Positions 1-10,280 of a stretch of 64,000 nucleotides of DNA are shown in pieces (positions within the stretch are counted from its first letter, which is position 1; the number at the start of each line of letters is the position of its first letter). A program made the translations under genes and the position numbers. Origin of the DNA: Catajapyx aquilonaris (taxonomy: Eukaryota); NCBI GenBank assembly GCA_000934665.2, contig KZ538013.1, forward strand, positions 62,001 through 126,000, read 5' to 3'. The notes beneath the pieces were generated by a model. It did no database searches. It saw nothing but the letters and a program-made list of their open reading frames with translations, and was not told the DNA's origin.

Positions 1-2
1 CA

Positions 3-110
3 CTTGTACACGTTATTAGCAATGGAGGTGAACTGAGTAATGAGCAAGCTTTATTGTACTTGAACCAGATGGAAAGTAGGAAACGGTTTCAGATGGAGAC
101 ATGGTCTTAA
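3..110 (+). CDS. NDOR1: NADPH-dependent diflavin oxidoreductase 1, last exon fragment (5' truncated by window)
   Basis: Frame 3 reads LVHVISNGGELSNEQALLYLNQMESRKRFQMETWS*. The C-terminal R-F-Q-x-E-T-W-S/A is typical of NDOR1/Tah18 diflavin reductases. AATAAA follows at 111-116. Confidence 0.8.
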   Translation, partial: LVHVISNGGELSNEQALLYLNQMESRKRFQMETWS

Positions 111-324
111 AATAAATATGTTTAATTTATTCCATGTGTGATATACATCCTACCCTGACTTGTTTTGTTTTTGTATGTAAGACATTTTTTGTAGCAGACA
201 GACCACATGCTGCTCATGACATCATCAACCCTACCAGAGAGGAGAGAGGGGGGAAAAAATGTTTGGCTTTCTTCCCAGAGCTATTTTGAATCAACCTGAG
301 CCAGAGAACTTTTCGGCACTGAAA

Positions 325-3300
325 ATGTGCACTGTGGGTAAATGGAGGTTTCTTCCAGGCATTTTTACTCTTCTTGTCATTGTTGGACAGGTCGTCAGTG
401 ATGATAGGTTTTGTGAGTAATTTTCTCCTACATTTTATAATCATTACTCAACTTGATTGAGTTTTTAAAAAACACAGCATAGCAGCATCTATTTTCAGAG
501 CTTACTTGACATTCCCAATAGGCAGACAGGAGCCATGCTTTCACTGTGCAATAGAAGATAATTCTGGCAAATTTATGAAACACTTTATTTGTAATTGCCG
601 TATGACTTTTTTTGCTTTAAAATATAAATATGGACCTAGAATTAACAAAGTTTTCACCCCTGTGATTGTTTGGCATTGTCATTTTGCTGCTGTCAGATAA
701 GCTGTGCCTGCCAGATGAACGTCTACCATACCATGATGATTGGTATGTTAACTTTAAATCAGGAGCAGAGAGAGTGCAGCCTCCAGTTCTCAGACTTCAT
801 TGGGTCAAAGGCCGTGACAAGTGAGCAATTTAAATAAGGACTGTCTAGTGCAGACACTGTAACACAGTCCCTGATTCTTACATTCAATTTCCTTTGAGGA
901 TTGACTGCCTTCGCAAAGTAAGAGATGGAGAAGCAGATGTTGTTCTGGCTGATGTTGCCCTGCTTCGTGTTGCAGCCTTGCACTTCGAGGGCAATTTTTC
1001 CATTATTGGGACCATTCGTGAAGAAGGAGAGGAGGATGGTAAGGGTACAATTTGTACAGTCTTTGAACATGTAAAAAGCAATCACCTCTAGGTCATTGAT
1101 GGATTTTTTTTAATGTAATTTTTTATTTATTTGTTATTTTTTTGCATTTTATTGCATTTGGTCAAGAAAGTTCTCGATATACTGCCATTTTATCTTTCTA
1201 CACTGTACTTCTGATTATCTGGGTGCAGATCTGTGTTATGAATTAATTATCTGTGCATTGCCAAATAATTAAAAATGCAAGTCTGAAAAATTGTCAATAT
1301 GTCTTTGCAATGAAGAAATATAACATACTTTTTCTAGAAGACAAACTCAAATAATCTATGGTAAGTTTCATAATTTTGATTAAATCTTAGTTAAAGTCTC
1401 AGCATACACCAGCAAGTACAGCAGTACATTTTAATAATAATAATAATAATAATAATAATGGATACCCTTGATAGGTCTTGGGCCTCTTAGGGGATCATCT
1501 TTTTGTGAACCGACTTTAATCATTGCCTGCGTGTGATGAATTTTGATTGCGGGAGGAAACGGGAGAACCCCGAGAAAACCCACGCGAACACAGAGAGAAC
1601 CCATCGAAACTCTATCCACATAAGTATCATCTGCGCGACCAGGGGATCGAACTCGGGACCTTAGAGGTGGAAGGCTGTGGCGCTAACCACTTCGCCACCG
1701 TGTCGCCCTCGTACAGCAGTACATTAAAAGTCTCATTTGATGGTATCTAGGTGTAGGTCCATTTTCCGATTATCCTTGTTTTCCGGTTATCTGGCAGCAC
1801 CCGTGCATTAATATATTAATCCAGATAATAGGGAGTACAGTGTATAATGATTGACAGCTTCAAGACAAAATTATTTATATCCATTTCCTGTATAACATGA
1901 TCTTTACAGAGGAATTTGCAAGTGAAACAGTGGCTGTGATCAAGGATGCCCAAGATGACACTTCTAACCTCAAAGCCATGAAAAATAAGGGAGTCTGTAT
2001 GGATGCTGCACATGCACGGGCAACATGGCATGCTCCTGTTGCAGTGGTGCGTCTTCTCAAATTGATTTCTTATGCATGTAAAATAATACAAAATTGCTAC
2101 TCCTCTTTCAGCTCTTTAATCAACTGCATGACAAATTGAAGACATACATGGAATGTACTGGTGGTATGTCCACCTTGGAAGTTGAGGCATATGTTGTTAA
2201 AAGGTTTTTTGGATCAATCTGCACAGTTAATATTCACAAGCACAAACATCCTGACAGTAAGTCATGAACAAATTTGCATTTTATAAGTAGCTAAGTTCAG
2301 AGATCACTTTCAATTTGAATGCATGTACAGTAATAATAAAATATCCTAAAATGCAATTTTCCTGCACGATATTCTCTATACTTTCCTTATTAAATTTTAG
2401 CATTGAATGATTTGTAAGCTATTTGTGAATGTTTCCATTTTGTTTAGGTTTTTCAAGCTGTCCCCAATGCATAAAGTCGACGTGTGATGCACCTTCCACC
2501 TGGAATGACCCCCTGGATTGCGTGAAGGAAAACAGGGGAAAGGTGGCCTTCACAACCCTCAGCAATGTTCGCTCATTTTTGGTAGACAACCTTGGAGATG
2601 ACCAAAATCTACAATTCTTGTGCCCAGATGACACACTGCAGCCTCTAAAAGAGGAAGACCCTTGCATTTGGGGAGCAGAACCTTGGGGAGCCATTTTGGC
2701 CAGGAGTGATGTCGACAGGTAACAAGGGAACTTCACCTGGCTAGAGCTGCTCTTTACATATGGATTTCTTTCTCTCTACACACAGATCCTTACTGCAAGA
2801 TCTTCTGAATCACGTAGGCATTGCCTGTGACAGCCACATGATATGCCTCATGCATCCACCCCTTGGATTTGAAATGGATCACGTTCCAGTGCGAATGAGG
2901 ATCCCACTTTCCCCTCTGGAGCACATTAGCAAAGGTAATGCATGCTCATGAAAGCATGGTTGAAGTAACGAAAGGTGAGACACAACTGTACAACAGTGCA
3001 ATTTCTGTCCTGAGAGTTTATGCAAAAATATTAATTAGCTTTCAGTGTATTCTGAATATATTCATGCTAATTTGAATAACATAATTTGTGTTATTTGAAG
3101 ACTGGAAGAGATGTATTGGCTACTGGCTGATGGTAGATTGTTAATATTGAGTATTGACTCAGTGACTTTTGTAGAGATTTTGAAAGAAATTTTTTTGCAT
3201 TGTGGTACACGTGTATAATAATAATTTTGTGTGTATTATACAGCTCCTGGTTTTCTGGACACTTACGAGCGTCCAGGATGCAAGTCAGCCATATATTTTT

Positions 3301-6300
3301 GTGTGGACCACTACAAGGAGATGGCCAAATGTGAAGATCTGAAGGTTGCAGCTGATGCATTGCACATACGCCCTTCCATCAAATGTGTCCTAGCCACGGA
3401 TGGCACCACTTGTGCAGACAAGCTACGAAATGATGAGGCTGACTTTGCAGTTATGGATGCACTCAGCTTTTATGACTTTGAAGAGTAATGCATCCTACTT
3501 GCTTGAATCGAATATTGCATCATGCAGCTGGATGTAGTGTGCATGGAGAGAACATAATGAACTTTTACTTTAATGCACCACCTTTACCACTTTGAGCTCA
3601 AGCTGCTTATTGCAGGTACAAATAGATCATGAGCTTCTATGAAAGGACATGTGGTTGTAGGATCGTAGTACCATGTCACAACTCACACTTATTTGAATCA
3701 TCTTTTGTACTGCTAGCCAGACAGTTTACAGCATGGAGTAGTAGCAATAAGTAGTGGAGTTGAGGTGGATGTAGTATTGTCATGTTTTAAAAGTATGAAA
3801 TACTCTAAACAGCATGGGCTGCAAACATTTATGACAGCTTCTACTAGTACTGTACTTGTTCACATAATTTTAAATCCTCTATGGTGTCTATGCCTTGACT
3901 TAGAACGCTGGAAGTGGTGATGTCTGCACCTCAACTGGCAATTGGCCACGTTACTTCCTTGGCCCTTGCTCTGGTGTCAGAAGAGTCAAAACTGCAGACC
4001 CTTAGTGACCTACAAGGAAATGTGAGCTGTCATTCTGGATTCCAAACTAATGCTGGCTGGTGGTACCCACTGCACCGCCTCATTCAAGAGGGCAATCAGG
4101 TCTCCTTCCGTGAGGAGTTTGAATGTGACTCTGCCAAATGGGCCTCTCACTTCTTTTCTTCTGGTTGTGTCCCTGGGTTGCAGTCTCCCAAGATTGATGC
4201 TCAGAAGGTCAACCCAGATGATCTGTGTGAGAAATGTCCTGACTATTCTATAGGTATTAATCGAATTATTCTGTTATCAATGTATTTATCCTTTTTATGT
4301 TACATACAGCCTATAATGTAAGCAATTGATACTGATAGTGACCTGCTACATAGCTCCTACTGTAGGAACACTGCAATTTGGGCACATATGTAAACTCACA
4401 CATCCTGAAACAAATTGCACAACTCAGCATTTCCTGTAACACAGGGGCGCCGATCCCCATGTTCAGGTATGGCGGCCGCCATACCTCCCAGCGGGGGTGG
4501 GTGGGTAGGTGGGTCGTGGGTGGGTGGATGCGTGGGTGGGTAGCTGGTAGCTGGTAGGGAGAGAGAAGGCTGGAGAAGGGGTGCAAGAGAAGGGGAGAGA
4601 GAAGAGAGAGAGAAGAGAAAAAGAGGAGTGAAAGAGGAGAGAAAAATAGAGAAAATGTGAAGCTCGTACACCCCCAGACACCAGGGTACGAGTCTTCTGC
4701 CCCAAATCCCGCCAGGCGGGTGTTGTGTGACTTGACCGACTTCAGAACCACCCACAGCACCGTTCGGACTGGGCCAGAACATGGCCATACCCGCTGGAGA
4801 ATTAATTACGAGAAAATCGAAATTTTTAACGCTGCGGGTGTCATGGTCACTATCTGCATGCCAATTTCCGACAGTTCAAAAATTCGCAAAGAGCTCGGAA
4901 AAGGCAGGTTTGGCAAAAATCTGCAAGATATACATCGATAATAATTGAAGGGCTCCATGGAAGAAGGGGGTAACTAGTAACTAGATGGGAATTCCCATCG
5001 AGAGATCTAGTTACCCCCTTCCAATGGCGGATTTAGGGGGGAGGGCACGGGGGCACGTACCCCCCCCCCCCNGGGGGGGGGGGGGGGGGGACCTCGCAAA
5101 ATTGCACTGTTCTATGGGTTCCTTTCTGTTTCGCGAGAAAGGGTTGTGACCTTGAACCTGAAATTTTTTTCGCTCCCCTGAGAGTAGTTCCTTTGTACCC
5201 CCCCAGAAAAAAATTCTGGATCTGCCCCTGCCCCCTTCTTACATGGAGCCCTTCAATTATTCCACGGAGCAGGTGGGGCGTGCTGAGTGGGTTCCAATTG
5301 AAGTGTCCGTTTCATTTTGCAAATTTGCACAAATATTTGTGCGCAAAGTTCGCTAATACATGTGTTCTCCTTATATAGCCTTATCAACCCGAATACATGT
5401 AACTTATGCCCGATTGCACCAACCAAAATTACTGATCAGATAGCTCCTAATGGATCGTTAGGAGATAGGATCTGGTAGGAGCTATCGAATCGGTAATTTC
5501 GTTGGTGCAATCGGGCATTACTATTTTTGCGAAAATTGCAAAATGCTCCATCAATCAGAGGTCAATTTGCGAATTTTTCGCATATATATTTGGAAAATGA
5601 AACGGATGTCAATTACATTCACATAAGCTTGTGTGACCTTGAACGGAAAAAAAATTCGCCTGCGGCGGGCCATTGGTCTCGGGTGGGTGGGTACCCCCTG
5701 CTGTGTTTCGCCATACCTTTATAAATTGAGATCGGCGCCACTGCTGTAACATATTTTTTACATTCAGATACAACTGGTTATTTCTTTTGCTAGTTTCATT
5801 AGTGTGTGTTTCATTAGTGTGTGTTTGATTAACACTAAACACACATAGAGCATAGCCATTTATTCCTTTCCAAAGATGGGGTGCCACTGTGCAGTGCAGA
5901 AGTGAATGATCCGAAGCTCTTGGATAGGCTGGCACTGAGGTGTCTCATGGAGACAGATGGTGTTGCTTTTGTGAGTGGGGAAGCTGTCTTCTGGGATCGG
6001 GAGATCGACTGGAAGGACCTATGGGACTTTGAAGTTGACATGAGGATAAGAGGAATTGACAACACCTATGGAGGTAAGAACATCATGGATGGGGTGCACC
6101 TTTAGGGCCATTAAAATTTGAAGAATTTACACTTTCTCTGGGTGATTATTGTGTAAACATCATGTAATTTTTTTTTTGTTCAAATGAAGGAAATTGAAAA
6201 TTGAAAAGTAGATTATAGCAATAAACTCTTACACTTCTCAGTGAAACCAAGTAAAAAAATTATTTAATATTGCAGAGGATAACACTCCTTCCCACATATT

Positions 6301-7257
6301 GTTCTCTCTTACCCACTCATCTCAGCACGTTCCTGAGTCAAAAAGTTGGCATCATGTCTGAATTTTTCAGACTTTGTGGGCATGGCAGGCACTCCACTAC
6401 ACTTGCTAATCTGGATGCCAGCTGTAATTGCTAATATAATTTAGTATAGCAATAAATCATTAATTCATAAGATATCTACATTTTCTCATATTTCATTGCT
6501 CCAGGTCTGAACAGCTTCCTAAACCCAGACAAATACAAGCTGCTGTGTCCTGATTCACGCACGCAGTCCTTGGACCAGCTACCTTCAAACTGCCACTGGG
6601 GCCAAATCCCATGGCCTCAGGTGGTCACCACCCGTGACAAGTCGGATCAGGTGAAACTGGATGTCTATAGGATCTTAAGTGAAGTCAATGAGCATATGGG
6701 AGGAAATGTCACAGGAGCTATCTTCTACCTCTTCGGACCATTCAACCAGCAGGCCAACCTGCTTTTCAATGTGAGTTAATCTTACTGGACTGTTTCGTTG
6801 CACCTCTTTTTTGACTTCTCAGTAGGGATGTCACACCTGATCTACCTGTTCACATCCACTTTGTGTCTGTAGTTATGTAAATTTGGTAAAAGTTACAAAA
6901 ACCAATGCAGTAACATTTAAGACTGTCAATTACTTATTAATGGGAATAGAAAATTTTGAGATGGGAACTGTGGCACAAAAAAGAGACATTTAGTTATCCC
7001 ACTCTACCATTTCAAGGCAAATCATTCCTTGAAGTTTTTCAACATACACTTGATCTCATTTGCAGGATTTCACATCTAACCTGGAGCCAGCTGGAACAAG
7101 TCAAGATGCTGTGTGGAATTCATTTGTTGAAATACACGAGACTTTTGATCGTTGTTTCGAGGATGTGCCGCACAATCCCGATGCAGCATACAGGACATCA
7201 CCCTGCCTTTTTCTATTATTATCTTTACTTGTTATTTCTATGGTTCATGGGTTGTGA
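325..7257 (+). CDS. Two-lobed transferrin/melanotransferrin-like protein, secreted and probably GPI-anchored, predicted non-iron-binding
   Basis: Phase-consistent GT-AG exons: 325-412, 697-820, 899-1038, 1910-2046, 2112-2256, 2448-2718, 2786-2934, 3244-3484, 3904-4253, 5876-6073, 6505-6770, 7066-7257. Signal peptide MCTVGKWRFLPGIFTLLVIVGQVVS. Transferrin motifs DCLRKVRDGEADVVLAD, CADKLRNDEADFAVMD, SCHSGFQTNAGWWYP, YKLLCPD and LLFND. Hydrophobic tail CLFLLLSLLVISMVHGL*. Confidence 0.9.
1431..1710 (-). mobile_element. tRNA-derived SINE with V-domain-like core (V-SINE-like)
   Basis: Minus strand: A box GTGGCGAAGTGG, B box GAGTTCGATCCC, core GCGTGGGTTTTCTCGGGGTTCTCCCGTTTCCTCCC, (ATT)n tail. 15-bp TSD GTACAGCAGTACATT at 1416-1430 and 1711-1725. 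Confidence 0.9.
4942..5260. mobile_element. Small hairpin MITE interrupted by a second element
   Basis: Left arm AATTGAAGGGCTCCATGGAAGAAGGGGGTAACTAG. Right arm CTAGTTACCCCCTTC[insertion]TTACATGGAGCCCTTCAATT. Confidence 0.75.
5022..5230. mobile_element. hAT-like MITE nested in the hairpin MITE
   Basis: Termini CAATGGCGGATT and GGATCTGCCCCTG. 8-bp TSD CCCCCTTC at 5014-5021 and 5231-5238. Internal poly-C/poly-G tract with one N. Confidence 0.8.
5407..5517. mobile_element. PIF/Harbinger-like mini-MITE
   Basis: TIR TGCCCGATTGCACCAAC and GTTGGTGCAATCGGGCA. 3-bp TSD TTA at 5404-5406 and 5518-5520. It lies inside another TIR pair TCCGTTTCATTTT...AAAATGAAACGGA (~5305-5607). Confidence 0.75.
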
Positions 7258-7787
7258 ATTTGAATTATTTTTTAAAATACTTTTATTTACTTGTTTTCTT
7301 TCTTCTGTGGATTACAAAATACTGACGCAACTGAAATGTTACATGTTTGTACTCAATAGCAGGAAGGGGGGAAGAATAACTAAAAAATGCTGTCAAACCT
7401 TATTTTGACAATAACCAGCTGATCTGTGGTTAACACTGAATCTGTTAACAATAAATGCAAGTAACTCAGATCTAAGGCCATTATTGGTATCATGATTGTG
7501 TAGCACACTTCAGTTAATATTTTTCTTCCTTAAATAACTTCTAGTCAATCTGAAAATAAAAATGGCACATTATAAGTCTCCTTGCTGCAACAATGCCAGT
7601 CATTTCTAAATAATGGGTGAGTCAATTCAGGAGCCTGCAGCTCGTATATTTCAATAACTGTCCCCCCACATGTTCAATATATAGAAATATTATATGATTA
7701 TGATTGATTGCCATCTACACTGCATAGATTAAAATAGGAGAATAAGCATTTGAAAGCTCTGCTCCAACTCAATGTCTCAACATATGG

Positions 7788-8447
7788 AGAGGAAACCCAG
7801 TCCGCAGCAGCCAAAAAAAGGAGTATCAGTTGACATTTTATTTCATGTCTAAGTGGGCTTGCTAGCATCATGAAATTTTTTTTGGGTGCCCTTCAGTGTA
7901 GCTACCTGGATTAGCGTTACTTAATTAGGAAAAATTGCGAAGCAAAGTAGTGAAAATATATCGCGAAGTTAGGTTTCGAAATTGTGCTCTTTTCCATTCC
8001 ATCTCGATAATGACCCGTGAAGCATGTCCTTCATAAATGTGAAACCACGTGTTGTGATGGTGTGCAGGGCTTGACGTAGAAATTAAAAAAATTAGTGATA
8101 CATTTCAGCTATTAAATTTTTAATAGCCAAAATGTATCACTAATTTTTAAAATTTCTACGTCAAGCCCTGCACACCATCACAACACGTGGTTTCACATTT
8201 ATGAAGGACATGCTTCACGGGTCATTATCAAGATGGAATGGAAAAGAGCACAATTTCGACACCTAACTTCGCGATTTATTTTCACTACTTTGCTACGCAA
8301 TTTTCGTAATTAAGTAACGCTACTCCAGGTAGCTAAAATGAAGAGCACTCCAAAAAAAATTTCATGGCATTACCAAGAGCACAAAGACATGAAATAAAAT
8401 GTCAACTGATACCCCCTTTTTTGGCTGCTGTGGACTGGGTTTCCTCT
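7788..8447. mobile_element. ~660-bp spacerless foldback/MITE (possibly Kolobok-like)
   Basis: AGAGGAAACCCAGTCCGCAGCAGCCAAAAAA at the left matches TTTTTTGGCTGCTGTGGACTGGGTTTCCTCT at the right. The arms stay complementary to the centre at ~8118. TTAA lies at the right end. Confidence 0.85.
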
Positions 8448-8943
8448 TAATGTATTTGTTCTAATGTTGTACTAACAAGTATCAAAATGCACCCCTCATA
8501 AAACTTGTCCTGCTGCTAATAATAATAGATACACCACTGCACACATTAATTCAACTTCCTCCTCCAGCTGATGAGAAATACCAATTTCCATAGACCTGAT
8601 ATGTGTCTCACACCATTATCAAATTCTTACACCAAATGAATTTTCTAAGTAGGATGCAGAGTTGAATTTAGAGAGGCTGTCTAACTTTGCATTAATTAAT
8701 ATGGTGTGACATCAACACATTTAACCATCCTCTGAATCACAGGTTAAGTTAATTGATTGTTATTAGGAGATAAACATTTTTCAATGTGAATAAATATATC
8801 AGAAGCACCCAGAGGCAAATTAAAAGGCTAAATATCTTCTAACTCAGTGAATAATATTATAATCATGCCAGCGTGCACAAAGGGTTTTTCCTTCTCATGA
8901 TAGATTGATTACCTTTGATCAGTTCTTATCTCTTGTGCTGTGA

Positions 8944-10143
8944 CTAATACATCAGTCCTCCATTCTTAGGCATGGAAATAGTTCTGATAATTTCATCATT
9001 AACAAAGTGTTTTTGGAGGTTACGCCACACTGCTGACCTTTGGTGGTGAAGTTCAGCCGAGCACAGTGGGGTGAGAGCCCAGGGGCATTCGTAGCGCACC
9101 CACTCCTCAATGCCAGTTCCACTTGGACCTAGCTTGCTGAACAGCATTTTGGACTCCGTCTTCACTAAGAATGAAACTGGGTTAATACCTATATGCCTTT
9201 GTACAAACTGTTGTAAAATTTACTTAAAAGATTAACAGGACATTATCATGAGTGCGAGAAAAAAGAGAAACATATTGCAACTGTGCCCTAGTATCTGTAT
9301 AACTAATGTAATTTTTTATGTGACTGAAAACAGCAAGCAAGTTCAACAACAGTCTCAAATTTTAAATTTTGAAAAACACGTCTGCAACGAAAACATGTGA
9401 CATTCATAAGAATGTAAAGCACAGCTTCACAATCTGACACTATAGATCAGATATCATAGATATCAATATCTATGGTTACAATATTCTGTTTGGCACCTTC
9501 AATTTCAGCATATCTGAGAAATGCCTCCCATTTTTTCATTTTGTATATATTTTTAAATACGACAGACTATTAAATCCATGGAGGGTGTCTTACCGGCAAG
9601 ATGCCACCTACATTACAAATAATTGAATAATTGTATAATTGAAGCAGCCAAAATACTCACAACAGAATAGGTAATACTCACGACAAAATAAGCCAAAAAA
9701 GAAGCAGGTCCTGTGATCTGATGTGATAACGTAATGGTCTCCACTGGGTTTCACCACAAAGTCACCATAACCAACATTGGTGACAAGCGGTATGAAAGAC
9801 ATAGTTTCACGATAAACCACGCTATATTCCCAATGCTTTAGGTTTCCCCTTTCAGAAAGGATATCGAAGTCAATCCTGAAATGGAGAGAAGAGTAACCTG
9901 ATCATATGTTCAAGAATCTTCATTCAATCAAGTCCTTTCTTACACAGTGGGGTTCAATTCCTTCACATGGCTGAAGTCAGCTACGTATTCCCAAGCAGTC
10001 TCAGGATCAATAAGATCCAGGCTGGTGTTGAACTTTGCCCCTTGTTCCCTAGTTCTGCACAAGAGGAGGTACAGGGCAATACCAAGAACAGAAACTAATA
10101 CTGCCTTCCTTCTTCCGTTTCTTCGCCACAAGTTGCACAACAT
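8944..10143 (-). CDS. Uncharacterised SRPBCC/START (polyketide cyclase-like) domain protein with N-terminal membrane anchor
   Basis: Exons 10143-9944, 9875-9682 and 9164-8944 (GT-AG, phases consistent). MLCNLWRRNGRRK-AVLVSVLGIALYLLLC forms a basic-then-hydrophobic anchor. PETAWEYVADFSHVKELNPTV resembles the SRPBCC 'P-e-vw-..aD...w.P' start. A possible upstream exon lies at 12151-12282. Confidence 0.7.
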
Positions 10144-10280
10144 GGTGAGTAAGCTGACCTGCCCTTCCTGGTGGGAAGTGAGATATGACATTCGTATTTA
10201 TGAAAATTACGTCAGGAGGAAGTGAGCTGGCCAGAGTAAGTCTGAAGTGAATACAAATCTCCTGAAGACAAGCTTGAGAA

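Larger units (their letters stand above)
4442..5743. mobile_element. Non-autonomous hAT-like element (outer element of a nest)
   Basis: TIRs CAGGGGCGCCGATC and GATCGGCGCCACTG. Exact 8-bp TSD CTGTAACA at 4434-4441 and 5744-5751. Confidence 0.85.

Noticed and set aside
4311..4941. Pro/Leu/Ser-rich ORFs
   Set aside because: They arise from low-complexity sequence inside the nested MITE.
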